Assembly (NCBI GenBank): GCA_024704765.1
Contig: JAKMXF010000221.1
Span: 372,001-436,000 of the forward strand
DNA length: 64,000 nt
DNA from: Oopsacas minuta
Lineage: Eukaryota > Animalia > Porifera
Direction of reading: 5' to 3'
The notes under the pieces are model-generated. The model was not told where the DNA came from. It made no database searches and saw only the letters and a list, made by a program, of their open reading frames with translations. Below, piece by piece: positions 1 through 12,200 of this stretch. The position numbers and the translations under genes were made by a program. Every line of letters begins with the position of its first letter. Within the stretch, counting starts at the first letter, position 1.

Positions 1-3000
1 GAACACCTCTTAGTTTTAAAGTATTTATCTGAATCATGGGCTGCACCTGAATTTCCTTTGTCTATAGAAAGTTTAGCAACTTGTCCCTTTTCAGAAGCCA
101 GTTTTGAGCTGAGCTGTTTCGTGAATGTTCGGGGAGGAGGTGGGGGTGGAGTTGACTTAGATAAATCTCTCTGTTCCTGAGGTATGAGAGTGGATACTAA
201 TATTTCCCGGGGCTCTGGAGAAGCTTTAGGGGTAGGAGTATCTGACACAGTACTGGCATCACTAGCTGGAGAGGGAGGCCTCTCTGGAGGTTGTTTATCT
301 AAGGTGCAATTAGCCAAATTTCAATTTAATGAATAAACTTCTAAAGTAAATACTAGCTTAATTATGTATTATATTTCCCTTAAATACAGCCAAACAACTC
401 ACAACAGCTTTTCTATAACATTAATTTCAAGCTAGAATGGTTTAAGGAGCCTGTAGAGTTCTATGTAGTGTGTTTGGCTGTATTTCCGTTAATCAAGAAT
501 ATACAACTAACTGTGATTTTAATGAACAAACTTGAAACTAGTTATAGAAAAGCTGTAACTGACTGCAGGGCAATAGCACTAGCTAGCTAGTTAAATATAC
601 AGAATTCTAACAAACATATTATATATAATTGATGGGTCTCTCATCAGTTGTCACACATCATACTCACTTTGTGGATTGCTGTTTTTGGTGCGGTTTCTAT
701 CGTCCATGGTTGCGTCAGGAGTATGGCTTATATATTTGTTAGACTAAAGTAGAAATTTTATAATATATCGTGTGGATAAAATATATTATAAAATACTGAC
801 TGTAGATCTCCTGAGATCTGTGACGTAAGCATAAGGTGCCGCGAAGTAGTTCGCACTGGTGGAAGAACTTCTTGTTGATTCTGCTCTAGCTACTTGATTG
901 ATTTGTCTGTGTATGAGTTTGGTGGATTGTCCTTCCTATTAGAATACGATTAAGTAATATAGAAGTCAATAAGGTTATGCAATTGTTTACTGAATTACCT
1001 CTTGACTATTTTCCAAGCTCTTCCTAGTATCAAGTCTAAAGAATAGATACATAATACTTAGCTATTACATAAGTAACTAAATTATACATACGGAGGATTG
1101 TTGACATGCTCATCAGATCCAGAATTCTCAAATGGTCGTCTCATGAAGGGACTCATTTTAAGGACGGGTCTAACCCTGGGCTGAATACGCAGACTCGCGG
1201 AGCCCTCGTGTTCTCCAGTAGGTGTTACGGACCGTCTGACTGTACGTGGGAGAGTAGCGTACATGCTGAGAACTGGTTTCTGTTCAGCTATCAAAGAGAA
1301 TGCAATAAATATCACTAAACATTAAATATTGATAATATTTAATAGAATTACAATCGTATTGACTTGATTTTCTCTTCATTTCTGATTTCCTAGTACGCTT
1401 TGGTCTCAGTAGTCCCTCAGAGTGTTTGTTATCATCTTTCTAAAGATTAAAAGATAATTAAAGTTTTTATTCAGAAGTAAATGAGTGAATTTATTATTTC
1501 TGCAAACTCACTCCAAATCCTACTTCCACATCCTCATTCGAGTTATGATTAATTCTCAGAAAGTCTAGATATATAGAGTTGTAATCCTGTCCATGAGAGC
1601 TGTCTACTCTCGTAAAACTCTCCTGTACATCTGGTGTAGTGAGTTTGTAATCATCAAGCTATATAGCAATGCATCGATCATATTAAATGTTATTATTACT
1701 AAAATTACCGATATTTATTCTGTTTACTTATTTATTTGATATAATAATATCTACATACATTTGTTCAATAGCTAATTCAATTAATAAACTATATTAAGAT
1801 GTTTTCTTAACTTCAGTGAGACAGCATAGAGGGATGTACCCTTTCATTTCCTCCTCTCCTCTTATTCGTATGCAATAACACCAGAAACTAATGAACGACA
1901 CCCCCAGCACTTGATCACCTTTGACAACGCTGAGCTTCTTGCCTGAGCACCATGGATACCATAAACACGCAAATATATTCAGCTTTAATACACCCAATAT
2001 ACCGCCTCTATATGTAGTGGTAACTCTATAATGTATTGCCCACTTCTTTTTCAATTCTTTCAGTCTCTTCTCTTCTCTCGTGAGAGTGAACTGGTTACAA
2101 CCAGGGATGACAGGCCATTTAATCCCTTTGTGATTATTAGCAGAGAATACCTGATTGAAATTATCGCTATATCCTAAGTCATATGGGTATATGAATGCAG
2201 GGAGGGAGGGATCGTATTTCCTCGCACTTTTCGCTCTCTCTATTATCCAGCTCTCTATGTTAGTCTGGTTCCTTATAATGCCAATCAGCTGGTAAGCTAC
2301 CAGAACAATACAGGATATAGTTGTAAACACAGACAATGCTATTGACCCATTTATCCATACAATCAGTAAACTATTGAGAGGTAGGATTGGAGGATATATG
2401 ATGAACTCTGAATTGGTGAGATGATGCCTGAACTTTACCATTGTGAATATAGCATGAGCACAGCCGAATATAACAAAGAATAAGAATCTAACAAAACTAT
2501 CCATATTCTTATGACCAACACAATTATTAATCCATGGACAATGATGATCCATTTTCAATACGCATCTCTCGCATACAGAACAATGATGAACTCTAGGAGC
2601 TTTGTAGCTCTCACATTTCTTGCAAAATAGTAAATATTCAGCGTCACTCTCTTTCTCAGGCTTCCAGCCTCTCTCTAAATACCCGGGCCCCCTGACTGAA
2701 TGAACATAAGCTGTTAGAATCAGAATATTCCATACACAGAATACAATAAGGTTGTAGTATTGGAAGTTAGAAGGAGCATGACATACTAATATTATTCCTG
2801 TATAGAATGTAGTGCAGTTTATAATGAATATTATTAGGAGAGTAGTGAGAGCTCCCCAGTGTCTCATTCTGGGTAATGTGCGCTGTTCCATTAAAATAAT
2901 AAATGACTAATTACAATTGTTATAAGAGCGTTTGTGAAGTTATTTATATAAAATTGTAACAGAATTGAAGCCTTCAATATGTTGCCTTAAGTAGTATTCA

Positions 3001-4422
3001 AGATTGAATCACACTAAGTATAGAATCAGAAAATTATTAGCATAATGCTGCAACGAACGAGTTCATAAAACTAGGTCTTGAACATACTTTACTGTATTTA
3101 TTGATTAGGGAGTAACTCACTGCAGAAGGAATAGAAGGAGTGGTGAGAGACATCTGACTTAATGTTGGAGATAAGCTGTCTATCTCAAATTCACTACGAA
3201 TAAAATTATAGATTAATTTCTATTTATTTAAATATGAAGTTGCTAACTCAAAATGTGATTTCATAGTCGAATCTGGTCTGTAGAGAGATCTCTCCTGAGC
3301 TTCTTTGAATCTTTTCTGACTATTTATCTCCTCTCTTGACAGCTAAATATATATTTATTACTTAATTACAAGAGAATGTGATTCTGTAAATAGTTAGCTT
3401 ACGTTAGATTCATCTAAATGAGAAGCTAGTAGAGACAGGTATTTGAAGATGTGAGCTTTCCCAAGACTGCATAACTAATGAAGGAATAGATTTGTATGAA
3501 TACTGTAATAATTATTAATTTTATTATTTCTACCTTAGCAGGAGGATGTCTGAGCGGATTGCTTTCCAAATTTATTTCTTGTAGACCTATGAGATGTCTG
3601 AAGCTGGGAGGGATCATATGTAGTTTATTGAAAGAGAGGTTTAGCTTCATTAACGGACAATACTGTAACTCTAAAAGTATTAATTAAGTTTTACAAAACT
3701 ACGGATTGAATAACAGTATGTAAATACCTTCAGGTACACGTTCTAGTTTATTTCTACTTATGTTGAGACATCTCAAGTTGCCCAGCTGTCCAATAGTACT
3801 GGGAAGCATTTTCAAAGAATTTGAACTCAAATCCTAGATTGAATTATTTAAGATCTGTAAAATCGCAATGATTAGATGCGAATTACGAAACTCACCAAAA
3901 CTTTTAACTTTTCTAAGAACCTGATATCTTCAGGAATAGTCTTGAGTCTATTACAGCTAATGTCCAGCAGCTCAAGGTTGTATGTTGTCAAAATAAGGGG
4001 GAATACTACCAGAGAGTTGCGGCTAAATATAGTATTAAGTAATCATTTATGTGAGGATATAAGGATCTATTTCTCACCTCAGAATTAGTTCTTTGAGAGA
4101 ATAGAGGTTCTTAAGGTCAGAGCTAAATTCTCGTATGAAATTATTGTGTAGATTGAGTCTAGTTAGAATCATACACTTCCTGAATATGTCTGGTACTTTC
4201 TTGAACTTGTTGTTAGAAAGTTCTATTCAAATAGTATTAAATAATGATTCAAAATAATAATTATACTAAGGGCTTACCAATAATATAAACATCTTCCACA
4301 TCATACTTATCACAACTGTTAGGGAATTCTCTCAAATTTCTGTTATTGAGTAGTAGTTTCCCGGTCTTCTCTGCGTCCTCAAAACAGCTGTCTACAGGCT
4401 TACCTACTAATCCGTGCATCAT
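1..4422 (-). CDS. LRCH: LRCH-family leucine-rich-repeat protein, multi-exon, 3' end beyond window start
   Basis: Phase-consistent GT-AG exons: 4422-4278 (MMHGLVGKPVDSCFEDAEKTGKLLLNNRNLREFP), 4222-4078, 4022-3896, 3833-3728, 3670-3534, 3474-3403, then further small exons down to an open exon 298-<1. LRRs end in NPLRHPPAK|LCSLGKAHIFKYL, matching the LRCH signature NPLQSPPAQICxKGKVHIFKYL. CH domain not seen (expected beyond the window). Confidence 0.85.
387..480. mobile_element. Short TA-flanked MITE-like inverted-repeat element in an LRCH intron
   Basis: TA-CAGCCAAACA...TGTTTGGCTG-TA. The inverted match extends to 15 bp (aaatacagccaaaca / tgtttggctgtattt). Ends resemble Tc1/mariner-pogo elements. 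Confidence 0.55.
1794..2891 (-). CDS. ZDHHC6: DHHC palmitoyltransferase, ZDHHC6-like, intronless, nested on the same strand in LRCH intron 1659-3120
   Basis: CKKC..KAPRVHHCSVCERCVLKMDHHCPWINNCVG cysteine-rich domain, TM helices, YPYDLG motif, and a C-terminal SH3-like region ending KGYIPLCCL, as in ZDHHC6. Confidence 0.9.
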   Translation of the reverse strand: MEQRTLPRMRHWGALTTLLIIFIINCTTFYTGIILVCHAPSNFQYYNLIVFCVWNILILTAYVHSVRGPGYLERGWKPEKESDAEYLLFCKKCESYKAPRVHHCSVCERCVLKMDHHCPWINNCVGHKNMDSFVRFLFFVIFGCAHAIFTMVKFRHHLTNSEFIIYPPILPLNSLLIVWINGSIALSVFTTISCIVLVAYQLIGIIRNQTNIESWIIERAKSARKYDPSLPAFIYPYDLGYSDNFNQVFSANNHKGIKWPVIPGCNQFTLTREEKRLKELKKKWAIHYRVTTTYRGGILGVLKLNIFACLWYPWCSGKKLSVVKGDQVLGVSFISFWCYCIRIRGEEEMKGYIPLCCLTEVKKTS

Positions 4423-4552
4423 CTTTCCACACTAATTTGCTGCTGAGACTGTATATATTATAATAGCCAACAAAATGATTGGTGAATAGAACTCGGAAAT
4501 TGAGGATTAGCATTGACTGTAAATATGTCAAATTTTAAAAAGTAAATATATT

Positions 4553-5098
4553 CTATTTAAGAGATAATTCTACTTTTATAGGTCTGCTTCTGGGACACAC
4601 TTTTTGCATCTTCTTAGCTAGATGAACGTCACATGACCATGTGCTAATGTAGCCAGGTAATGTCTCAGTTTTATTCGGCTTTTCTTTAATAGATTCTAAC
4701 ATTTTATCAATTTCTTGTTGCTGTTTCTTGTTGTTGAGGGATTGTATATCTTTTTTGAATTTCCATAACTTGAATGCATCGTTTGACATTTGTTTCTTCT
4801 CTTTCATACCCAATGCTTCTTGTCTACTGCACTCTCTCAGTATTAATTTCTCTCTTGCGATTATTTGATCTTTCTGCTTCTGCCGGTAGAGCCATTGCTG
4901 GAAGTTATCATTACTGTTTGGATGAGCTATAGGTGCATACGGTATTGTAGCAACCAACTCGCTAACTTTAACTTTCTTCACTTTATCTTTATTCTCTTCA
5001 CCTGACAGCATCTCATCAACAGCCTTACCTATCTCACCTGTCCCTCTATCCAGAAATGTAGCGTCTAATACTTCTTCAAATGTCTGTCTTTTGTACAT
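4553..5098 (-). CDS. Uncharacterised 181-aa coiled-coil protein, weakly CCDC34/CCDC181/MAP9-like
   Basis: Intact ATG-initiated ORF with charged helical segments FQQWLYRQKQK and AFKLWKFKKD. Family assignment is tentative. Confidence 0.55.
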   Translation of the reverse strand: MYKRQTFEEVLDATFLDRGTGEIGKAVDEMLSGEENKDKVKKVKVSELVATIPYAPIAHPNSNDNFQQWLYRQKQKDQIIAREKLILRECSRQEALGMKEKKQMSNDAFKLWKFKKDIQSLNNKKQQQEIDKMLESIKEKPNKTETLPGYISTWSCDVHLAKKMQKVCPRSRPIKVELSLK

Positions 5099-5159
5099 AA
5101 TTATCTTACTAATATTTTCACATTTATGGTTTAACTTACGTATATTTATTAGCCATCAA

Positions 5160-8100
5160 ATGCATACTCTACTGAGAAGACCTGTTAATCTAAAACGTCT
5201 AGCCAGGAGCTTTTCTGGCGTTACAATCCCTCCCAGATACAAGAACGAACCTATCAGCAGTTTCTTGCCCGGGACTGAAGAGAGAGCTCTCCTCAAACAG
5301 GAACTGGAGGACCTGAAGACAGCGGGGCCAGTTGAAATCCCACTTGTGATCGGAGGAGAAGAGATACACACTGAGAATAAAGCTCAACAACTCTGTCCTT
5401 ATCAGCACGATAGGATTATCTCTGAAGTTAGCCTAGCAGATGAGAACCACATTGATAAAGCAATAAAAGTAGCTCTGCACAAGAGGAAGGAATGGGAACT
5501 AACTCCTTTCGATCGTAGAGCTGCTGTATTTCTAAAAGCAGCTGATCTGCTAGCCGGGAAGTACAGGAATAAAGTACTGGCTGCTACCATGATAGGACAA
5601 GGAAAGGTGAAATTATAATCACAACATATTATACTCGTTACTATGTATATACTAATGTTATTATTACAATAGACAGCATTTCAAGCAGAGATCGATGCGA
5701 CATGTGAACTGATCGACTTCTTCCGATTCGGAGTACAGTACGCTCAAGAAATATACTCCAACCAGCCGGAGCTACACTCCCCGGGGGTATGGAATAGACT
5801 GATGTATAGAGGATTAGAGGGATTCATTGCAGCTATTAGTCCATTCAATTTTACTGCTATAGGAGGGAATCTTGGGGGAACTCCTGCTATAATGGGTAAT
5901 GTAATACTATGGAAGCCTTCACAACAAGCTATGTTATCAAATTGGGTTGTATTCCAGACACTAAGGGAAGCAGGGATACCTGATGGAGTTATGAACTTTC
6001 TACCCAGCACTGTACCTCTATTCGGTGATATAGTTCTAGCTAGTCCTCACCTAGCCGGACTAAACTTCACTGGAAGCTCAAATACACTGAGAACTCTCTG
6101 GAAACAAGTGAGTAATAATTGTATCATGCTAGCGTCGCTTACGAATAAATCAGGAAAATATGAAATGAAATAATTTCTAGTTCGTACTCTCAACAATGAG
6201 ACAAATCAACTAATCTACAATATGTAGCAAAACTCAAATAACTTCCTAATGAAGCTATAATCTAACCTAATATTAATTTCTAATATGTAATTAAATGGAA
6301 TTTCCCAATCTTTTCACTGTTGAGATGTTCCTGCTGTATTTCTCCTTGAATTCCCACGAACACTCTCCCTTTCACGAAATTGATATTCTCTATCTTCTCT
6401 CCCATCTTTGAGCTCAATTCTTGTAGCAAATCTATTCTTGAGGTATAAGCCTCTACAACTAGCGTACATCTTCCCATTGATACGTTACAATCTATCCCAT
6501 CAATGTTGGTAATGATATCTGTAGCATGACAGGGTACTCCGGTGAGAGTTATGTCTCTAGCTGCTAGAGATATCTTATCACTGCTCTGCTCACAAGATGT
6601 GATAGTAAGTGCGATTTTATTTTCCTTAGCTCTACACTCTGCATTAACCATGTTTACATCCTTAATTCCCCGCGCCATCAGAATCCCGAATAACACGCTA
6701 GACACCAAAAGAGATTTGTATTTATTCGCTGTTTCTCCTTCCAATTTCATTTCCAATGCCTTATCCTTGCTAATCGAAGCGAGTACAACTCCCAGCTTCT
6801 TAGCTAGTGACACATAAGGCACGAGGTGTTTAGAGCTAGCGTGGACTAAGGAGGGAGCATTCACCACCCCAACTAAAGGCCTTCCTTTCACGACATCAAC
6901 AAACTGCTCTGCTATTTCTCTAGCAACTCTCTTCTGTGCTTCTTTAGTACTAGCCCCTAAATGTGGTGTAGCTATTACATTTTCATGTTTGAATAAAGCT
7001 TCGTTCTTTGGTGGTTCTACATCATACACGTCTAGTGCTGCTCCTGACACATGTCCACTGACCAGTCCCCTGTAAAGAGCATCCTCATCTATAATTCCAC
7101 CACGTGCACAATTCAGGATTTTTATTCCAGGCTTACACTTACTGATGTTTTCTTCATTGATCAGATTACGAGTCTCAGGCAGTAGAGGGGTGTGTAAAGT
7201 CATGTAGTCAGCTGTAGCTAGCATCTCATCCCACGACAATACCTCTACTCCGAATTTAGCTGCAGCTTCTGCTGGGATAATCGGGTCATATCCAATCGTT
7301 CTCATCCCGAAAGACTGCATCCTTATAGCTACCTCTCGTCCTATCTTGCCTAGCCCTACTATAAATAGGGTCTTCCCCATCAACTCAGTACCCATGAATA
7401 GTTTCCGGTCCCATCTTCCAGCCTTCATAGAAGCATCCGCTTTAGGTATACTCCTTGCCATGCAGCCCATCATGAAGCAGGTCAGCTCTACAGCACTGAT
7501 CGTGTTACCACCGGGAGTATTCATTACGATTATTCCTTGATTCGTGGCTGCGTCCAGATCAATGTTATCTACTCCTGTACCGGCCCTGCCAATTATACGC
7601 AGTATACAACCTGGAGTATTAATGACGTCAGCAGTTACCTTTGTAGCAGAGCGTACAATTAGACCGTCATACTCAGTGACGGCTTTCTTGAGTTCTTCTT
7701 TGCTCAGTCCAGTCTTAACGTCAACTTTAATACCATTCTCTTCTAGTATTGACTTGCAGCTGGGGTCAGCTTGATCACTGATAAGCACGCGAGTAAGTTT
7801 AAGATCCATTCTGTAGCTACTAATATATATGTCTGTGTATTATAAACTTGTTTTTATACATTTGTAACGGTACAGCATGATATTACTGTGAGGATGATAT
7901 TTGCATTCATTTCCACCTCTACTAATGCATAATTCATGATAATGACCTCTTAAGGTCAAATTATGAATTGATTAGTCTATAATACAATGATTTGAGATAG
8001 CATGAGTTAAGCTATTCATGATTATAATGCTGCTGTAATTATAGGTTGGAGAGAATATCAATCGCTACAATACGTATCCACGTATCGTAGGGGAGGCAGG

Positions 8101-8851
8101 AGGTAAGAACTATCACTTAGCACACGAAAGTGCAGATGGAGACAGCTTAGTGAATGGGACTGTACGCTCTGCATTCGAGTACAGCGGACAGAAATGTTCC
8201 GCATGTTCTAGACTCTATGTACCACGTCCTCTCTGGGAGAACGAAGTGAGAGACAAACTAATCGAGAGGACTCAGAGCCTGGCACTGAGTTCTCCAGAGG
8301 ACTTTACAACCTTCCTAACAGCTGTTATAGACGAGAAAGCATTTGATCGAATCAAGTCTTACATAGACTTAGCTAAACAGAGTCCTGATACAGAGATACT
8401 GACAGGGGGAGGATGTGACAAGACCAAGGGGTATTTCGTAGAACCCACCATAATCCTTACTACTAATCCAAATCATAAGCTAATGCGTGAAGAGATATTC
8501 GGTCCTGTGTTGACTGTATTCGTATATGAACCTCAATACTGGGAGGGAGTATTAACATTGGTGGATGAGAGCACTACCTATTCGTTGACAGGATCTTTGT
8601 TTGCTAGAGACACTGGTGTTATAGCAAATGCAACTGAGAAACTGAGAAATTCCGCAGGAAACTATTATATCAACGACAAAAGCACTGGTAGTGTAGTGGG
8701 ACAACAACCATTCGGAGGGACTAGATCCTCTGGTACAAACGACAAATCTGGCTCCATAGCCTATCTCTTGAAATGGACCTCATGGATGTCTATCAAGGAA
8801 AACTTTATCCCACTCGATAAGTACAACTACCCGTATATGAGTGAGAAATAA
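5160..8851 (+). CDS. ALDH4A1: Delta-1-pyrroline-5-carboxylate dehydrogenase, mitochondrial; exons 5160-5606, 5673-6107, 8045-8851
   Basis: GQGK|TAFQAEIDA, SPFNFTAIGGNL, NFTGSS, LWKQ|VGENINRY..GEAGGKN, catalytic SAFEYSGQKCSACS, EEIFGP, GTNDKSGS. Both introns are GT-AG phase 0. N-terminus is presequence-like. Confidence 0.97.
6280..7809 (-). CDS. PHGDH: D-3-phosphoglycerate dehydrogenase, intronless, nested antisense in ALDH4A1 intron 6108-8044
   Basis: LIVRSATKVT, GRAGTGVDNID, NTPGGNTISAVE, VGLGKIG Rossmann motif, NCARGGII, TPHLGAST..AQ. Confidence 0.97.
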   Translation of the reverse strand: MDLKLTRVLISDQADPSCKSILEENGIKVDVKTGLSKEELKKAVTEYDGLIVRSATKVTADVINTPGCILRIIGRAGTGVDNIDLDAATNQGIIVMNTPGGNTISAVELTCFMMGCMARSIPKADASMKAGRWDRKLFMGTELMGKTLFIVGLGKIGREVAIRMQSFGMRTIGYDPIIPAEAAAKFGVEVLSWDEMLATADYMTLHTPLLPETRNLINEENISKCKPGIKILNCARGGIIDEDALYRGLVSGHVSGAALDVYDVEPPKNEALFKHENVIATPHLGASTKEAQKRVAREIAEQFVDVVKGRPLVGVVNAPSLVHASSKHLVPYVSLAKKLGVVLASISKDKALEMKLEGETANKYKSLLVSSVLFGILMARGIKDVNMVNAECRAKENKIALTITSCEQSSDKISLAARDITLTGVPCHATDIITNIDGIDCNVSMGRCTLVVEAYTSRIDLLQELSSKMGEKIENINFVKGRVFVGIQGEIQQEHLNSEKIGKFHLITY

Positions 8852-9218
8852 CAGAATAACGAATCGTGGATTGTGAACTTTACACCTTAATAATTATTCT
8901 TTGCTATACGAGGCTAAACGTAGTTAGTATAACTTATAAATTATAGCATTTTTGTCACAGTATCACATAATATTAGCATGCAAAACAGGTGGAATCGTGA
9001 AACAAAGTGATCAAGTATTTATCATACAAAGTCCGTGAGTTTTGAGTTAAAAAATCTTTTAAGTTAGTTAAATCAGAAGAGAGAATAATATAAACAGAAC
9101 CATTTTGTGCCCAGAGCCAGATATTCTTATTTCATCAGTTATCTCCAGTATCTTCCGATAATAACACCTATAAAATATAAGAAAATAATTACTATTCTGT
9201 TTGTAATTAGAAATAATT

Positions 9219-12200
9219 ATGTCCAGATCTGATCTAAGTAACGGGCTGCTCACCGGACTCCCTCCCGATCTACAGACGAAACTCTTAAAGAAAATAGCTC
9301 AGCTTACAAAGGTTATTTATACTCTACACACGAAGAGCGAGGATCAAGACCAGATAACAGATGCTCTTAGGATAAAATACGAAGAGGATCTGACTAAATC
9401 TAGTCAGGAGTATGAGATTAGAGTTGAACAGTTCCACACTAAATATCTCCGTGAAATAGAGAAGTATAGAGGGCAATTAAAACAAGCAGATATCAAACTC
9501 AAGGAGATGAACGAATCACTGAAAAGTGTAGAGAACAAGTCTGAAACGCAGAAATCTTATTACATCAATGAACTATCTCTCTTAGATAAGAAGTATACGA
9601 ATGAATTGGATAAACTCTTAGATTCAGTGACAAAGAACAACAGCAGAGCGGCGAGTGTTAAAGAGATAGAAGATCAGAATCGGGAGAGGGTCAAACTTCT
9701 GGAAGAAGCACACCAAACAGAGATTGATAGAATTGTGTCAAAGTTTGTGGATGAGAACAAACTATTACGGAAAGAAATTGACTCTCTGCAATCGGAACAA
9801 GCTATAGAAAATAGAGAAAGAGAATCTTTGATAGAAACACATAGAGAACAGATGGAGAGATTGGTATCTGAGCAAGATAAGGCTCTGACAGATGCAAGAG
9901 AGGAAGCACAGAGTACTGTAGACCATCTCTTAGAAGATATGAAGGAGAAGTACGTGAAGGAGAGAGGGGTATTACACTCTCAAATATCATCAATGCAGAG
10001 CAAAATATCTTCTATAGAGCAAGATAACCAGAATCTGAATATCAGGTCTGGCCAGTTGGAGGACAAACTGCATGGAGCTAGCACTGAGAGTGAAGAATTA
10101 CAAAATGAGTTTAGAAAACTTTCTCAAGAAAAGATCTCTATAGAAGAAGAGCTTAATCTCAAGAATAGAGAGTTAGTCGCATTAATGAAGAGATATGAAA
10201 CTGTTCAGACTCTGGAAACGGATAGGATAACAAAGATTGGTGAATTGGAGATCAAATTATCTGCTTTAGGATCTACAATGAGTGCTTTAGAGTCTGAGAG
10301 AGATGCTCTATTCACCAGTCTCTCTGAGGCGAGAAAGGACAGTGAGAAACACTTGAACAGATTTAAACAGAACGACAGGGCTACAGAAGGTAGGATAAAA
10401 TGTCTAGAACAAGAGTGTGGCAAATTGAAACAACAGATAACAGTTCAGGATGAAGAAATGGAGAGTGAGAGAGGAAAGTCACGACTGACTCTTGAACAAC
10501 AAAAGGTCTTGCTAGAAAATAAAATGGAAGAGGAGCACAAGAGAGCTATGAAGAATGCAGAGAAGAACACACAAGCTGCTCTCATACAGTTACATCAAGA
10601 TCTAACTAATACACATCAATTCGAAGTGGAAAAACTGAGTTCTGAGAAAGATGAGAATATCAGAAGTCTTGAAGAAAGTGTAGAAGCACTTGTACGTGCG
10701 GTTAATGACAAGACTCGAGAGATAGACTCTCTAACTGTACGTCTAAAAGAGGGAGAGTCAGGAGCTGTGAACGCCGCAGAACAGGTCGGTGCTCTACAAA
10801 ACAAACTGAAACAAGTCTCATTAGAGATGAGAGATAAACACGATACAGAAATACAGCTTAATATAGATAAGATAGCTCTAGAAAGAATGTGTGAAGAGAT
10901 ACAGTTAGAAGCTAGGAAGAGAGAGCAAGAACTTATCGCTAATTCTAAAACAGAAACAAATACTTATATTTCTGAACTGAATCAGAAATGGGAATCCAAG
11001 AACGAAGAAGAACTCACAAATTTAGAGAATATTCTCAGACAAGCTCACACGACAGAGCTTAGCAGATATAAACTAGAATTTGAAGAGAAGTTAAGGTTAG
11101 AACTCGATAGAGTGGAGTCTGAATGGGGGGACAGAGATAACCAGAGAGAACAGGAGCTGGTCAGGATAGAGAGAGATCTGTTAGCAGCTCAGGAAGAGAA
11201 ACACAAGCTTCAAGCTGCTGTGGATGAGAAAGAACGGATGTTATTATGTGAGAAGAAGGAAAGAGAGCAGAACTCTAGCATCAGCAAAGAAGAAGTAGAG
11301 CGTATTAAGGAGCAATACAGTACGGAGGTAGAAGCAGTTAAACAAGCTATGAGTATGCGATCAGCTGCAGAAATGAGTGATCTACGTAGTCAGTATGAGA
11401 AGGAACTAGCTGGCGTTAGAGCAGGTCATAACGCCTCTGTTAATGCTCTTAAAGATAGTTTGAATAGAGAGAAGTTAGGAGTATTAAGAGAAATAGAGAC
11501 CAGGCATAGGACAGAAATTGAAGCTATAAGATCTAATAATTTACAGAGTATAGAGCAAATACAACGGAGCAATGAAGAAGAGAAGAAAAACAAATTATCT
11601 AAGCTGGAGGCAGAATTCAAACTGGTCCTGGAAGAGAAAGATGGAAGTGTTTCTGAGTTAAAGAGAGAATTAAGAGAGATGAGTAATCAAATAATCACTC
11701 AAGACAGCTCCAGTTTAGAATACAAGGAAGATATTTCCAGATTACATAATGCTATCAGAGATATGGGAGTGTCTTTAGAACAGAAGGAGAGCGAGCTCCT
11801 AGCAGCTAGAAGAAATAGCAGTCAGCAGCTGAAACAGAGAGATTTGGAGATTAGAACTATTCATCAGAAAGATGTGAAGATTCTGGAAGAGAGGTACCAG
11901 ATACGAGCCAAACAGCTGGCTGGAGATTTCACCTTAATAAGAAGAGGATTAGAGGGAAAGATTGAGGAATTGAATGAAGAACTGGAGCAAGCAGATAAGC
12001 GTTATTTTTCGAGAGAACCGCGGTCTGAAGATCTCATACTAATCTCTGAACTACAGAGAAGTGTTAATCTACGAGAAGCGGAGTTGGATAAAATGAGGGA
12101 AGAAATGAAATTCTACAAACTAGAATTGATAAATCGCGAGCAAAGTTATAACAAATTGTTTGGTACAAAGCCTAAAATTGGATTGGTTACTACCGCCGGT

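Noticed and set aside
3876-4088. Possible frameshift in LRCH exon 3
   Set aside because: Re-reading with the ORF track gives an open frame (SRNSLVVFPLILTTYNLELLDISCN) with consistent phases.
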